NCBI GenBank assembly: GCA_018696595.1
Contig: JABHQW010000008.1
Span: 96,001 to 160,000, forward strand
Direction: 5' to 3'
DNA length: 64,000 bases
From: Candidatus Woesearchaeota archaeon
GTDB taxonomy: Archaea; Nanobdellota; Nanobdellia; Woesearchaeales; GW2011-AR9
This document shows positions 10,742 through 21,388 of this stretch, piece after piece (within the stretch, counting starts at the first letter, position 1; each line of letters begins with the position of its first letter). The position numbers were made by a program, and so were the translations under genes. The notes below the pieces were generated by a model. It did no database searches, had not been told where the DNA came from, and worked only from the letters and a program-made list of their open reading frames with translations.

Positions 10742-12163
10742 TTAATTTCTTCGCATTTGATTCTTTAACATATTAAATCCCATTTTCATCCCATTAATTA
10801 AACCAATCTTAAAAGAACTTAATGATCGAATCCCATAAGAAACAACGCCCACCACATAAAATATTCGGTTTGGTTTTAGTTTTATTAACTTTCTAATCAA
10901 TGGAATGGTAGAAGGATATTTTGCACCAAGACTAAAAAACTTTTGTAAATTAGCAAATTGATCTGCATACTCTGATTTTAATAACGAAGAATCAAATAAA
11001 GAAGGAATAACGTCAACATTAAATTCCTTACCAATGTAACCATTCTCAACACAATATTCCGCTAAATCTGTTTTAGGATAAGGTTGAAAGATGCATGGCA
11101 AAGTATAATCTGTTTTAATCTTAGCATTAAATTTCATTGTTTCAATAGCTTCTTCAATTGTTTCTCCAGGAAGACCAATCATATTGTAAGTTCCAACTTT
11201 AATTTTATACTTTCTCAATAGTTCCACTCCTTCGATTATACTTTCATTTTTCAAAGCTTTACGTAAAAGTAAATTTCGCATATTCTCATTAGCAGTTTCT
11301 AAACCAAAAGTAATACAATCACACCCTGCCCAACTTAATTTTTTAACGACTTCTTCATTTAGTTCATTAGCTCTTCCTAAACAAGTAAAGGGAAGCCCAA
11401 TTTCTTGATGATATAAGTCCAATAGTTCCATTAACCATCGCTTATCCACCGTAAAATTATCATCAATAAAACGCACAACTTCTAAAGGATATTTTTCTTG
11501 AACAGATTTAATCTCTTCAATTATTCTTGCCGGGCTCATTCTTCTAACATATTTTCCTTTACCTTTATACAAAAGCCTCTTAGCATGATTGTAACAAAAA
11601 GAACAATTATAAGGACATCCTCTGCTAGTAGCAAACCTTTTTGTCACTAAACCCCTTAAGAACGGAAACTTGGAATAATAAAGTTCACGATCTGGAAATG
11701 GAAAAGAATCTAAATCTTCTACTAAGTTTCCCAGTGGGTTTTTAATGATTTGTCCTTCTTTTTTTACCCATAATCCTTCAATATCAGAATAATCTTCATT
11801 CTTATCAATCCTATTAGCCAATTCTAACATTGGGACTTCACCCTCCCCAATACAAATCATATCAACCGCTTCTTCATTAATAACATCTCTAAAAAAAGTT
11901 GGATGGGGACCCCCAAAAATAAAAGGAACTGAAAAATATCTTTTTAATTGTTGAGCGGCTCTTAAGTTCCATTTATGGAATCCAGAAACAACTGAAAATG
12001 CAATGAGGTCAGGATTAAGTTTCTTTATCGAAGAAATAATCTTTTTTTCTTCTTTTAAAATAAATATCTCTACTTGGTGCCCTTGTTCTTTAAGAACAGC
12101 AGAAAGTGACATAGGGCCAAAATAATCAAATAAAGTATCTTGAATAAATGCGATTTTTGCCAT
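10742..12163 (-). CDS. Cobalamin-binding radical SAM protein (class B methyltransferase-like)
   Basis: N-terminal B12-binding domain ('GGPHPT', 'IGEGE'); CxxxCxxC 'SRGCPYNCSFC'; 'DDNF'; 'GLET'. Confidence 0.93.
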   Translation of the reverse strand: MAKIAFIQDTLFDYFGPMSLSAVLKEQGHQVEIFILKEEKKIISSIKKLNPDLIAFSVVSGFHKWNLRAAQQLKRYFSVPFIFGGPHPTFFRDVINEEAVDMICIGEGEVPMLELANRIDKNEDYSDIEGLWVKKEGQIIKNPLGNLVEDLDSFPFPDRELYYSKFPFLRGLVTKRFATSRGCPYNCSFCYNHAKRLLYKGKGKYVRRMSPARIIEEIKSVQEKYPLEVVRFIDDNFTVDKRWLMELLDLYHQEIGLPFTCLGRANELNEEVVKKLSWAGCDCITFGLETANENMRNLLLRKALKNESIIEGVELLRKYKIKVGTYNMIGLPGETIEEAIETMKFNAKIKTDYTLPCIFQPYPKTDLAEYCVENGYIGKEFNVDVIPSLFDSSLLKSEYADQFANLQKFFSLGAKYPSTIPLIRKLIKLKPNRIFYVVGVVSYGIRSLSSFKIGLINGMKMGFNMLKNQMRRN

Positions 12164-12244
12164 GAAACCTAGTTTAAAACATTCCTTTTTTTAAACATTC
12201 CTATAATAAATCCACAACATATATAACTATAAGAAAAACAATTA

Positions 12245-13234
12245 ATGATTCACAAAATGAGTAAAATAAAAAAACCGTTATTAAAGATATTAAAAACTCC
12301 AGCCCTTTATATTATCGGTATCGCAATTATTGGGTTTATTCTCTATAAAATTGGAATCAAAGAAATAACTGTGACAATTAGTTCTATGAATCTTTTTTAT
12401 CTCCCCTTAATAATCATATTAACCCTAGGGGCATTATTCTTAGGCAGTTTAAGTATTTGGATTTTAGTAAGGCCAATCAAAGAAATTAGTTTAAGAAAAA
12501 TAATTAGATATTATTGTATTTCTTGGGCGTTTGGATTGATTGCGCCAGGTAAAATTGGGGATTTCTCAATTCTCCTTTGGTTTAAGAAAAAAGAAAATAT
12601 TAATTTTGGACAAGGGCTTGCAGTAGTAATATTAGATAAAGTAATAACATTCGCAATATTATTCATTTTTGCTAGCGCTAGTTTATTTCTATTTTTTCCA
12701 TTTGTTATGGCATTAAAATTATTCTTTCTAGTTTTAGGTATTGGGGCCGTTGGTTTAATCATCATTTATACCCCCTGGGGAAGAAGAATTGTTAGAAAAA
12801 CGATTCTGAGGAAACACGCAATTTATTTTAATGGTTTTTGGACAGCAAGTAAAAATTATTTTAGCAGTTTACAAAAAACACTTTTAATTAATATAGCTGC
12901 CACCCTAGGTAGAGTTATATTAACTGGATTGATTTATTATTCAATTTTCTTAAGCATAGGATTAAAAACAAATATAATTTATGTTTTTTTAATTTCTGCC
13001 ACCGTTTTAATTATTTCATTTATTCCAATCTCTATTAATGGCCTGGGTATAAGAGAATTAACCAATGTTTACTTGTATAGCCAAGTTGGAATTACGCCAC
13101 AAATTGCTTTTTCCTCATCTATCATCAATTTAATAATACTTTACGTTCTTGGAGCAATTATCTTTTCTTACACTTACAAGATGAGGAATTCAGAAAACGA
13201 TCCTCAATCAGCCCCAGATACTTTTCCCAACTAA
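12245..13234 (+). CDS. Lysylphosphatidylglycerol-synthase TM-domain / UPF0104 flippase-like membrane protein
   Basis: 'APGKIGD' and 'PISINGLGIRE' motifs; multiple TM helices. Confidence 0.85.
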   Translation: MIHKMSKIKKPLLKILKTPALYIIGIAIIGFILYKIGIKEITVTISSMNLFYLPLIIILTLGALFLGSLSIWILVRPIKEISLRKIIRYYCISWAFGLIAPGKIGDFSILLWFKKKENINFGQGLAVVILDKVITFAILFIFASASLFLFFPFVMALKLFFLVLGIGAVGLIIIYTPWGRRIVRKTILRKHAIYFNGFWTASKNYFSSLQKTLLINIAATLGRVILTGLIYYSIFLSIGLKTNIIYVFLISATVLIISFIPISINGLGIRELTNVYLYSQVGITPQIAFSSSIINLIILYVLGAIIFSYTYKMRNSENDPQSAPDTFPN

Positions 13235-14306
13235 AATTCTGTTTATAAACTTTGACGTTTTCAATAAAATTTTCTTTTTTATTAAGTTTGTAGAAATTAA
13301 CAACCGCCCGAGCTAAAGCAGAAGCATCTTTGGGTGGGACTAAATATCCTGTATAATCATCTTTTACTGATTCTGATAATCCACCAACATCAGTAACAAC
13401 ACAGGGTTTATTAAAATGATATGCAGTTTGAACAATCGCTGATTGAGTTGTAGTTAAGTAAGGTAAAACTAACAAATCAGAAACAACAAAATATTTGCCG
13501 ACTTCTTTATCGGGAACATAATTATCAATTAATACAATTGAATCTTCCAAGTTGTTATCTTTAATTAAATCTAAATACCTCTTTTTATCTTCCCAAAATT
13601 CTCCAACAATTAAAAGAGTAATATCCCCTAATTGTTTAACAATTTCGGGCATAGCTTTAATTAAATACCATAAGCCTTTATATTCGCGAATATAACCAAA
13701 AAAAAGTATTGTTCTTTTCTTTAAACCCATGTCTATTTTTAACTGTTCTGACAGAACCACTTTATCAAAATTATTAAAATTTGGCAAGAATGAAGTAATT
13801 ACAGAACATTTCTTATTCATCTTTTTTACTTCTACTGCTTCATCAGAAGAATGAGCCACAAAATAGTCCACATTACTAAAAGACAGTTTTGTTAAAAAAG
13901 AGTCCACTAAACGCCCTTCGTGTGGCTTAGCACAATGACAAATAAATATGGGTTTAGCTTTTGAAAAAAGTTTAATCATAATGGTGAGAGGGTAAAATAC
14001 TGGAGTCATTGCCGGAGACACCCAGTTAAAAAAAACAAATTTAGATTTATTTCTCTTAATCAATTTAACAACCTTAATCCAAGTAAGTGGGTTCAAATAA
14101 TCTAAAACAAACACAGATTTATTTTTCTTAATAACTTCAGAACTATTATTTTCTACTTGATTCTTAACCAAAAAAGAAGGGTAACGCCTCTTCCAACTGA
14201 TTAATTGAACTTCATGTTTTTTGCTAAATTCTTGATTAAGTTGTTGAGTAAAATGAGTTATGCCACCTTTGTAAGGATAAACCGGACCAATTAAAGTTAT
14301 TTTCAT
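13158..14306 (-). CDS. GT4 glycosyltransferase
   Basis: 'GPVYPYKGGI', 'FFGYIREYKG', 'PCVVTDVGGLSE'. Confidence 0.93.
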   Translation of the reverse strand: MKITLIGPVYPYKGGITHFTQQLNQEFSKKHEVQLISWKRRYPSFLVKNQVENNSSEVIKKNKSVFVLDYLNPLTWIKVVKLIKRNKSKFVFFNWVSPAMTPVFYPLTIMIKLFSKAKPIFICHCAKPHEGRLVDSFLTKLSFSNVDYFVAHSSDEAVEVKKMNKKCSVITSFLPNFNNFDKVVLSEQLKIDMGLKKRTILFFGYIREYKGLWYLIKAMPEIVKQLGDITLLIVGEFWEDKKRYLDLIKDNNLEDSIVLIDNYVPDKEVGKYFVVSDLLVLPYLTTTQSAIVQTAYHFNKPCVVTDVGGLSESVKDDYTGYLVPPKDASALARAVVNFYKLNKKENFIENVKVYKQNFSWEKYLGLIEDRFLNSSSCKCKKR

Positions 14307-14309
14307 TTT

Positions 14310-15317
14310 TTATTGAACTATTTTTATACTAGAGATAGTATTCTGAAGAGCTTCTTTCATTGAATGATATTTTCTCTCACCTAATGCTATAGTGATTAAA
14401 TTGTTGGAAATGGTCCGATATTCTTTTTTCAGATTATTTTCATCAGTATATTCTATACTAATCATTTCATCACCCAATATTTCTTTAATAAGTTCAGCAA
14501 TATTACTTAAAGACAAGACTTCTGAGGAAGAAAGATTATAAACCCGATGTTTTAGTTCTAAAAAATTAGAAGAGGCCAAATCAATTATGTCTCGCACTAA
14601 ATCCTTAACATAAATAAATGTTCTTTTATTAGAACCATCACCAAAAACGGTAATCTTTTGTTTTGTCATTGCATCTTTAATAAAACGCGGGATAATCTGA
14701 GGATAATTGTCAAAGTCATCACCCTCGCCAAAAGTATTATCAATACGAATAATAATAACATTTAAACCAGATTCTTTATTATAAGCAGAACAAAGGTTTT
14801 CCCCAAATCGTTTTGCAATAACATAACCATAATTAGGGGTTGTATTAACATCACTACCATCTTTTATACAAAAATTATCAGATTCGTTAATTAAGTCTTC
14901 TTTAAAATCATATAAAGCAACCGAACTCCCATAAATTAATTTTTCAATTTTGTTCTCTTGACAAGCCTTAATTATATTTGAATCAATCTTACTATTAAGA
15001 TCCATCATAGTTGCTGGAAATTGATTGTGGTACCCATAATTTTTTTTAAAATTAGCTAAATGAATAACAATATCTACTTCATTAAAACTCTTTTGACAAA
15101 AAGAAGCATCTAATAAATCCCCCGTTACAAAATCTATCTTTGATCCAAATCTTTTTGTTAAGTTTCTATGATCTTTACGCCCAATAATTTTTAATGGAAA
15201 CTGACTAATATTCTTGGTAATTAGTTCTTCAACAAGATGCGAACCAATAAATCCCGAACCACCGGTAATTAATATTCGTTTACCTTTCAAAACATCATCT
15301 TGTTCTCTCAAATTCAT
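14310..15317 (-). CDS. Nucleotide-sugar epimerase/reductase (GDP-fucose synthase or GDP-mannose epimerase-like)
   Basis: 'ITGGSGFIG'; catalytic 'YGYVIAK'; directly downstream of gmd. Confidence 0.8.
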   Translation of the reverse strand: MNLREQDDVLKGKRILITGGSGFIGSHLVEELITKNISQFPLKIIGRKDHRNLTKRFGSKIDFVTGDLLDASFCQKSFNEVDIVIHLANFKKNYGYHNQFPATMMDLNSKIDSNIIKACQENKIEKLIYGSSVALYDFKEDLINESDNFCIKDGSDVNTTPNYGYVIAKRFGENLCSAYNKESGLNVIIIRIDNTFGEGDDFDNYPQIIPRFIKDAMTKQKITVFGDGSNKRTFIYVKDLVRDIIDLASSNFLELKHRVYNLSSSEVLSLSNIAELIKEILGDEMISIEYTDENNLKKEYRTISNNLITIALGERKYHSMKEALQNTISSIKIVQ

Positions 15318-16344
15318 TAACCTCCCATTCTGTCATTAATTTGATCAACTCCTTAAATTTAACTTTTGGTTGCCAACCCAGAAGCGTTCTAGCTTTTGCA
15401 GGATTACCTAATAATAAATCAACTTCAGTTGGCCGAAAATAATTAGGATCAACGTCAACAATTACTTCTCCCGAATCAGAATTAATTCCTTTCTCATCAA
15501 TCCCAGACCCTTGCCAAACAATATTAATCCCTAATAGACTACAAGTTTCTTCTATCAACTCCCTTACAGTATGAGTTTCCCCAGTAGCAATAATATAATC
15601 TTCGGGTTTATCTTGTTGAAGCATTAACCACATAGATTCAACATAATCTTTAGCATAGCCCCAATCACGTCGTGCTTCTAAATTTCCAATCCCTAACTTT
15701 TTCTGTTTACCATACTTTATTCTGACAAGAGATTCAATTACTTTCTTTGAAACAAAATTCTTCCCTCTCCTTGGAGACTCGTGGTTAAACAAAATACCAT
15801 TACACCCAAAAAGATTATACGCTTCACGATAATTTTTGATAATCCAATAACCATATAATTTTGCAACCCCATAAGGACTTCGAGGATAAAAAGGAGTTTT
15901 CTCAGTTTGTGGAGTTTCTACTGCTTTACCAAACAATTCCGATGTTGAAGCTTGATACACTCGAGTTGTTTCCACTAATCCCGCTGAACGAACTGCTTCC
16001 AATATTTTTAAAACACTAAAACCAGTTGCTTCCGCAGTACCTTCAGGAACTTTAAAGGAAATCCCAACATGACTTTGTGCAGCAAGATTATAAATTTCAT
16101 CAGGCCGTATTTTTTGAATTAGTTGAAATAAGTTACTAGAATCAGTAATATCACCATAATGTAAAAATAGTTTCTCATTTCGATTATGTTTATCCTGATG
16201 CAAATGTTTAATTCTTTCCCGATTAAATGTTGAAGATCGTCTCACTAAACCATGAACTTCATAGCCTTTTTCTAACAAAAACTCAGCAAGATAAGACCCA
16301 TCTTGGCCAGTTATTCCTGTAATAAATGCCTTTTTTATCATCAT
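15295..16344 (-). CDS. gmd: GDP-mannose 4,6-dehydratase
   Basis: '[16 protein letters not shown]', '[10 protein letters not shown]', '[11 protein letters not shown]', '[11 protein letters not shown]', 'RDWGYA'. Confidence 0.98.
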   Translation of the reverse strand: MMIKKAFITGITGQDGSYLAEFLLEKGYEVHGLVRRSSTFNRERIKHLHQDKHNRNEKLFLHYGDITDSSNLFQLIQKIRPDEIYNLAAQSHVGISFKVPEGTAEATGFSVLKILEAVRSAGLVETTRVYQASTSELFGKAVETPQTEKTPFYPRSPYGVAKLYGYWIIKNYREAYNLFGCNGILFNHESPRRGKNFVSKKVIESLVRIKYGKQKKLGIGNLEARRDWGYAKDYVESMWLMLQQDKPEDYIIATGETHTVRELIEETCSLLGINIVWQGSGIDEKGINSDSGEVIVDVDPNYFRPTEVDLLLGNPAKARTLLGWQPKVKFKELIKLMTEWEVNEFERTR

Positions 16345-16410
16345 TTAAGTTCCAACTATAGAGTATTTAAATGTTATTATACTATTTTTCAGGTAACACA
16401 AATTTATCAT

Positions 16411-17712
16411 TTATTTTCTGCCAACTCCAAAATATTCGAAGCCAATCTCTCGCAAATAATTGGGATTATAAATATTACGGCCATCAAACATTTTCTTAGC
16501 TAACATGGTTTCTCCAATTCCTTTCAAATTAATATTTCTAAATTCGTCCCATTCAGTAACAAGAATAATTCCATCTGTCCCCTTTGCAGCAGCTTCGGGA
16601 GAGTTAAAGTAATTTATTTGTTCACCAAATATTTCTTTAATATTATCTATTGCTTCAGGATCATAAACATTTATTTTTGCACCAGATTTTAATAGTTCTT
16701 TAATTACAGAAAGAGAACAAGAGTCCCTGATGTCATCTGTTTTTGGTTTAAATGAAAGGCCCCAAATCGCTAGCTTTTTCTCTTTTAGATCAGGATAAAC
16801 AAAATTAATCTTAGGTAAAAGCACCAACTTTTGTCTTTCATTAAGTTGGTGGACTTCTTCTAATAACTTTGAGCGATAACCTTGTTCTTTAGCGGTGGCA
16901 CATATTGCTTTTATATCCTTGGGAAAACAACTGCCCCCATAACCAGTCCCAGCATTTAGGAATTTAGGACTAATTCGATAATCCATACCAATTGCTTGTG
17001 AAACTTCTTTAATATCCGCCCCAACCAAATCACAAATATTGGCAATTTCATTAATAAAACTGATTTTGGTAGCTAGGAAAGAATTATTAGCGTACTTACT
17101 CATTTCTGAAGTTTCCCAATTAGTTACTAAGAATTTTAGATAGGGCCTCATTAGTCCAGCATAAACTTGTTTAATAATCTCAGCAGATTTATCACTTTTA
17201 ACTCCGATGATGATTTTATCGGGATGCGTAAAATCATGAACAGCATTTCCTTCTTTCAAGAACTCGGGATTAGACGCAACTTCAACTTCAGAATTTGGAT
17301 TAATCTCAATAATTGTTTTTTGACATTTTCTTGCAGTCCCAGGAGGAACTGTACTTTTGTTAATAAGAAGTTTATATCCCTGAGAATATCTTGCTACATC
17401 TTTTGCAACATTAAAAACATAATCTAGTTTCGCAGAACCATCTTCCTTACTTGGAGTTCCAACACAATTAAAAATGACTTCGCCAAAATTAGCCCCTTCT
17501 TGACAATCAGTTGAAAAGAATAATCTGTTTCTTCCCATATTCTTTGTGATTAGCTCTTTTAATCCTGGCTCATAAAAAGGAACCACACCATTCTTTAATT
17601 GAATAATTTTGTTCTCATCAATATCAATACATAAAACATTATGACCTAAGTTAGCTAAACAAGCACCCGTTACTAAGCCAACGTATCCAGTTCCAAAAAT
17701 ACTAATCTTCAT
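16411..17712 (-). CDS. ugd: UDP-glucose 6-dehydrogenase family
   Basis: 'GTGYVGL', 'NKSTVPPGT', 'SNPEFLKEG', 'GYGGSCFPKD', 'FKPKTDDIR'. Confidence 0.95.
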   Translation of the reverse strand: MKISIFGTGYVGLVTGACLANLGHNVLCIDIDENKIIQLKNGVVPFYEPGLKELITKNMGRNRLFFSTDCQEGANFGEVIFNCVGTPSKEDGSAKLDYVFNVAKDVARYSQGYKLLINKSTVPPGTARKCQKTIIEINPNSEVEVASNPEFLKEGNAVHDFTHPDKIIIGVKSDKSAEIIKQVYAGLMRPYLKFLVTNWETSEMSKYANNSFLATKISFINEIANICDLVGADIKEVSQAIGMDYRISPKFLNAGTGYGGSCFPKDIKAICATAKEQGYRSKLLEEVHQLNERQKLVLLPKINFVYPDLKEKKLAIWGLSFKPKTDDIRDSCSLSVIKELLKSGAKINVYDPEAIDNIKEIFGEQINYFNSPEAAAKGTDGIILVTEWDEFRNINLKGIGETMLAKKMFDGRNIYNPNYLREIGFEYFGVGRK

Positions 17713-17751
17713 TCTTTATTACCTCATTAATTGTTTTATATATTATCTCCA

Positions 17752-18510
17752 TTATTTCTCTAGATAAAAAATCCCTGTCGCAATTTTTTCATTATTACTT
17801 GATTCAAATTCCATTGCTTTTTCTAAAGCCATCATTTTATTTGTTAAATCGTGATCATTTCCCAATTCATAAATTCTTTCTTGATAGAAATCAAACTTGT
17901 GCCCAAACGTAACACAAGATTGTAAAATATCTACAAACGCGAAACCATTATGGTGGATTGCCTCTTTAATTATTTCAGTCATCTGTTTTAAATTTCCCGC
18001 ATAAGCTCTAGCAACAAAAGTAGCCCCTGCAGAGATTGCAAGAGTAATCGGGTTAATTGGTTTTTCTGTTGAACCCAAAGGACTGGATTTACTTTTCTTC
18101 CCAATACTTGAAGTTGGAGAATATTGTCCAATTGTTAAACCAAAAACACTATTGTTGTGAACTAAATAAGTGAGGTTAACATTTCTTCTACATGCATGAA
18201 TAAAATGATTTCCGCCTTCACCATAACCTGCTCCGTCTCCACTTAGTGCAATAACATTAAGTTTAGGATTAGCTAACTTAACTCCCTGAGCTACTGGTAA
18301 ACTTCGACCATGCAATCCCACAAAACCATTAACTTTGATCCAATAAGGAAGTTTAGCATAACACCCAACTCCAGAAACTAAAGTAGTGTTGTGTGGTTCT
18401 AAATGAAGTTCTGTTAAAGATTTCTTTATCCCCATTAAGATTGCATAATTGCCACAACCACTACACCAGTTTGAAAGTTCAGTCCTATCATAATCTTTAA
18501 TTGCTACCAT
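17752..18510 (-). CDS. korB: 2-oxoacid:ferredoxin oxidoreductase beta subunit
   Basis: 'WCSGCGN', 'LHGRSLPVA', TPP-binding 'GDGAGY...N', 'QSCVTF'. Confidence 0.93.
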   Translation of the reverse strand: MVAIKDYDRTELSNWCSGCGNYAILMGIKKSLTELHLEPHNTTLVSGVGCYAKLPYWIKVNGFVGLHGRSLPVAQGVKLANPKLNVIALSGDGAGYGEGGNHFIHACRRNVNLTYLVHNNSVFGLTIGQYSPTSSIGKKSKSSPLGSTEKPINPITLAISAGATFVARAYAGNLKQMTEIIKEAIHHNGFAFVDILQSCVTFGHKFDFYQERIYELGNDHDLTNKMMALEKAMEFESSNNEKIATGIFYLEK

Positions 18511-20240
18511 TAGTTTAACCTTTTCTTTAATTCTTCATAAACTTTATTTATAGTAAATGGATTCCCATCATAACGTAAAATTTTATCTTCAATCATTATC
18601 CCTGTTTGTTCTGCGATTAATTCTCCAAGTTGCCCAGAATAATTACACTCCAGTAAAACCAGTTTCTTAGAACCCACTAAAAGTTCTTTAACTTCTTTAT
18701 TATGGAAAGGAAATAAATATTCTAAACAAAGGAAATTAACTTTTTTACTTTCTAAATTTAACTTTTCCATTGCTTCAACAACAGCCCCATAATTACTACC
18801 CCAAGAAACAATTGTAAGTTCCGCATCTTCTGGTCCAACTAATTTAGGGATGGGCAATTCTTTTTTTGCTAACTTTAACTTATTCATTCTCCTTTGCATC
18901 ATTTCTATTCTGGTTTTAGGTTCTTCTATAATTTGACCAACAGCATCATGTTCATCACCAGTACAAGTATAAACCCCATTAATGGTTCCAGGAAGGGTTC
19001 TATTAATGTTGTCTTTTTCATAGCGTTTGTAAATCCCATCAGAATTTAGTTGTCCCTCATTCACAGATTCAATCATATTTATTCTTTGATCATAATTAAA
19101 AGTAAATTCTTTTTCTACCTCTTCTAAATTCAAGGTTTGAGAACTTTCTGTAAGATGTTTATCTACCAACACAATAACTGGTAACTGATACTTTTCTGCT
19201 AAATAAAAAGCACGTTTTGTTTCAGTATAACATTCACCAACTGTTTTTGGAGCAATAACCACTCTAGGAAAATCTCCTTGTGAAGCAGAAAGAACAAACT
19301 TCAAATCTCCTTGTTCAGTTTTTGTTGGTAATCCTGTTGCAGGACCGGGTCTTTGACCTTCAATCAAAACTAAAGGAATTTCTGCCATTCCCGCTAATCC
19401 AAAAGATTCTACCATTAAAGAAAATCCCCCACCAGATGTTGCAGTCATTGCTCTTCTTCCAGTATAAGATGCACCTAACGCCATATTAATTGCAGAGATC
19501 TCATCTTCTGGTTGAATAACAATTAAATTTTTATTTCTCACTGCTTCTTTAGCTAAGTTATGTAATATCCCCGTTACGGGAGTCATTGGATACTGAGCAT
19601 GAAATGTTAATCCTGCTTTCAATGCCCCTAATGTAATAGCATCATTACCATTAATAAAATGTGAAACTTTATTTTCAATTTCTTTTGCAAATTCCGTCTC
19701 CTTATTTTCCTCAACAGAATCAGATCCTTCTTTCGCTGCAAGTAATAACTTGCCAACAAGAGTTTCTTTTCCTTGGAAATGATCTTTAATTCTTTTTCTT
19801 AAGAGAGAATAATCAATCCCTAATGATTTAACCATCGCTCCTAAAAAAACCGCATTACGAACATTCTTCAAATGATTTCTTTCTTCTATTTTTGTTAGTG
19901 GGATTGGCACATAATTGATATTTTGTTTTTTTTCTTCCAGAACAACCTTTTCGTCATAAAGAACTATTCCGTTTTCAGAAACATTTTTTGTATGTAAATC
20001 TAACGTTCTTTTATCCAAAGCTAACAACAAATCAACATTTTTTACATCTGCAGAAGCTTCTTTATTAGAAATTCTAATAGTGTGATAATTGTGCCCACCT
20101 TTTATCTGCGAAGCGTAATCTTTACTAGAAAAAATATTATAACCCAAATTAATGAAAAGTTTAGCAATTATGTCGGCAGCTGAAGCTAAACCCCAACCCG
20201 CTTCTCCACCAATCCTAATTACATAAGATTCTGTATTCAT
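18510..20240 (-). CDS. korA: 2-oxoacid:ferredoxin oxidoreductase alpha subunit (fused gamma domain)
   Basis: 'GGEAGWG', 'SQIKGGH', 'YPMTP', 'EDEISA', 'ATSGGGFSLM', 'QRPGPATG'. Confidence 0.93.
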   Translation of the reverse strand: MNTESYVIRIGGEAGWGLASAADIIAKLFINLGYNIFSSKDYASQIKGGHNYHTIRISNKEASADVKNVDLLLALDKRTLDLHTKNVSENGIVLYDEKVVLEEKKQNINYVPIPLTKIEERNHLKNVRNAVFLGAMVKSLGIDYSLLRKRIKDHFQGKETLVGKLLLAAKEGSDSVEENKETEFAKEIENKVSHFINGNDAITLGALKAGLTFHAQYPMTPVTGILHNLAKEAVRNKNLIVIQPEDEISAINMALGASYTGRRAMTATSGGGFSLMVESFGLAGMAEIPLVLIEGQRPGPATGLPTKTEQGDLKFVLSASQGDFPRVVIAPKTVGECYTETKRAFYLAEKYQLPVIVLVDKHLTESSQTLNLEEVEKEFTFNYDQRINMIESVNEGQLNSDGIYKRYEKDNINRTLPGTINGVYTCTGDEHDAVGQIIEEPKTRIEMMQRRMNKLKLAKKELPIPKLVGPEDAELTIVSWGSNYGAVVEAMEKLNLESKKVNFLCLEYLFPFHNKEVKELLVGSKKLVLLECNYSGQLGELIAEQTGIMIEDKILRYDGNPFTINKVYEELKKRLN

Positions 20241-20986
20241 AATGTTCTGTAAACCTCATCTGCTTGTTTTAAACTTTCTATATTTCCAACATCAAACCAA
20301 TGGTCTTCAAATATATATCCATGCACTTTGGACTCTTTTACTAAAAATTTAACTAAATCCCCAGAATTATCTGCATAACCAGATTCTACAGCTTTTTCTA
20401 CATGTTTCAAATCTTCTTTATGAAAAATGTAACACGCAGTTGCAGCTAAAGTACTTTTTGGTTCTTCAGGTTTTTCTTCGAAATCAATCACTTGAGAACA
20501 TTCTTGTTTGAGAATCGCCACCCCAAATTTATTTCTAACTTTATCTTTGTCTTTAAGATCATGTAAAGCAACAACAGAATTATTCTTTGTGTTAAACTGA
20601 TTGATAAAACTATTTAATGGAAAACCAAAAAGGTTATCGCCAGCAATAACTAACAAATTATCATTAATCTCTTCTTCTTTGAGAACATGATGAATATCCC
20701 CCACCGGACCTAGACGATCTTCATTGCTGATTGTGCCATCATTAATTACCTTTACTTTTTTAGAACAATTAAGATCATTTAACCAAACCATAAAATGACC
20801 ATAAAATTTATTATTTGTAACTATGAAGATTTCATCGATATTATCTACATCATTTAACTTTTTAAGAATATGTTCTACGATTGGAACTCCTGCCACTTTA
20901 AGTAATGGTTTTGGTTGATTTTCTGTTAATGGATAAAGTCTTGTCGCGTATCCTGCCGCCAATATTAATGCTTTTATTTTGATCAC
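20237..20986 (-). CDS. Sugar-phosphate nucleotidyltransferase
   Basis: 'LAAGYATRLYPLT...KPLL', 'GDNL', 'FEEKP', 'WFDVG'. Confidence 0.92.
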   Translation of the reverse strand: MIKIKALILAAGYATRLYPLTENQPKPLLKVAGVPIVEHILKKLNDVDNIDEIFIVTNNKFYGHFMVWLNDLNCSKKVKVINDGTISNEDRLGPVGDIHHVLKEEEINDNLLVIAGDNLFGFPLNSFINQFNTKNNSVVALHDLKDKDKVRNKFGVAILKQECSQVIDFEEKPEEPKSTLAATACYIFHKEDLKHVEKAVESGYADNSGDLVKFLVKESKVHGYIFEDHWFDVGNIESLKQADEVYRTL

Positions 20987-21107
20987 CTATTTTGTATATT
21001 TATTCTGATTTAAGTTAAATTAACTCAAAATCGTTTAAAAGCATTGTGGAAGAAAGGTATTAAATAGAAGGTAAATTTGATTAAAGACAAACAAGATTAA
21101 AAAAAAG

Positions 21108-21219
21108 GAGGACAGCTTATCAAGTTTCCCGCGTAATGCAGTACACCAAGATACGGAGGCGTTCTTAACTTCTGTGTTCGAAATGGGAACAGGTGAACCA
21201 AGCCCCTATGGCCGTCCAT
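21108..21219 (-). rRNA. rrf: 5S rRNA (solitary)
   Basis: Reverse complement reads GGACGGCCAUAGGGGCUUGGUUCACCUGUUCCCAUUUCGAACACAGAAGUUAAG...GCUGUCC, with the 5S hallmark 'CCCAUUUCGAAC...GAAGUUAAG' and complementary ends. Confidence 0.95.
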
Positions 21220-21388
21220 TAAGCTCATAATACTGGCTATTTATAAAGGTTTCTGAAAGAAGCTTAAAAAATTCGAAGAATTTTTGCTTAATTTTGATTG
21301 AAAATGCCTTACTAAAGAAGATAGATTTAGATTCTTATTCCATAACCCTTTAAAAAAGAAAAACATTACTTCCACTAACAAAAAGAAG

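Noticed and set aside
13158-13234. 77-nt convergent overlap between the GT4 and flippase-like genes as a possible frameshift
   Set aside because: Both proteins appear complete; short tail overlaps are common in compact genomes
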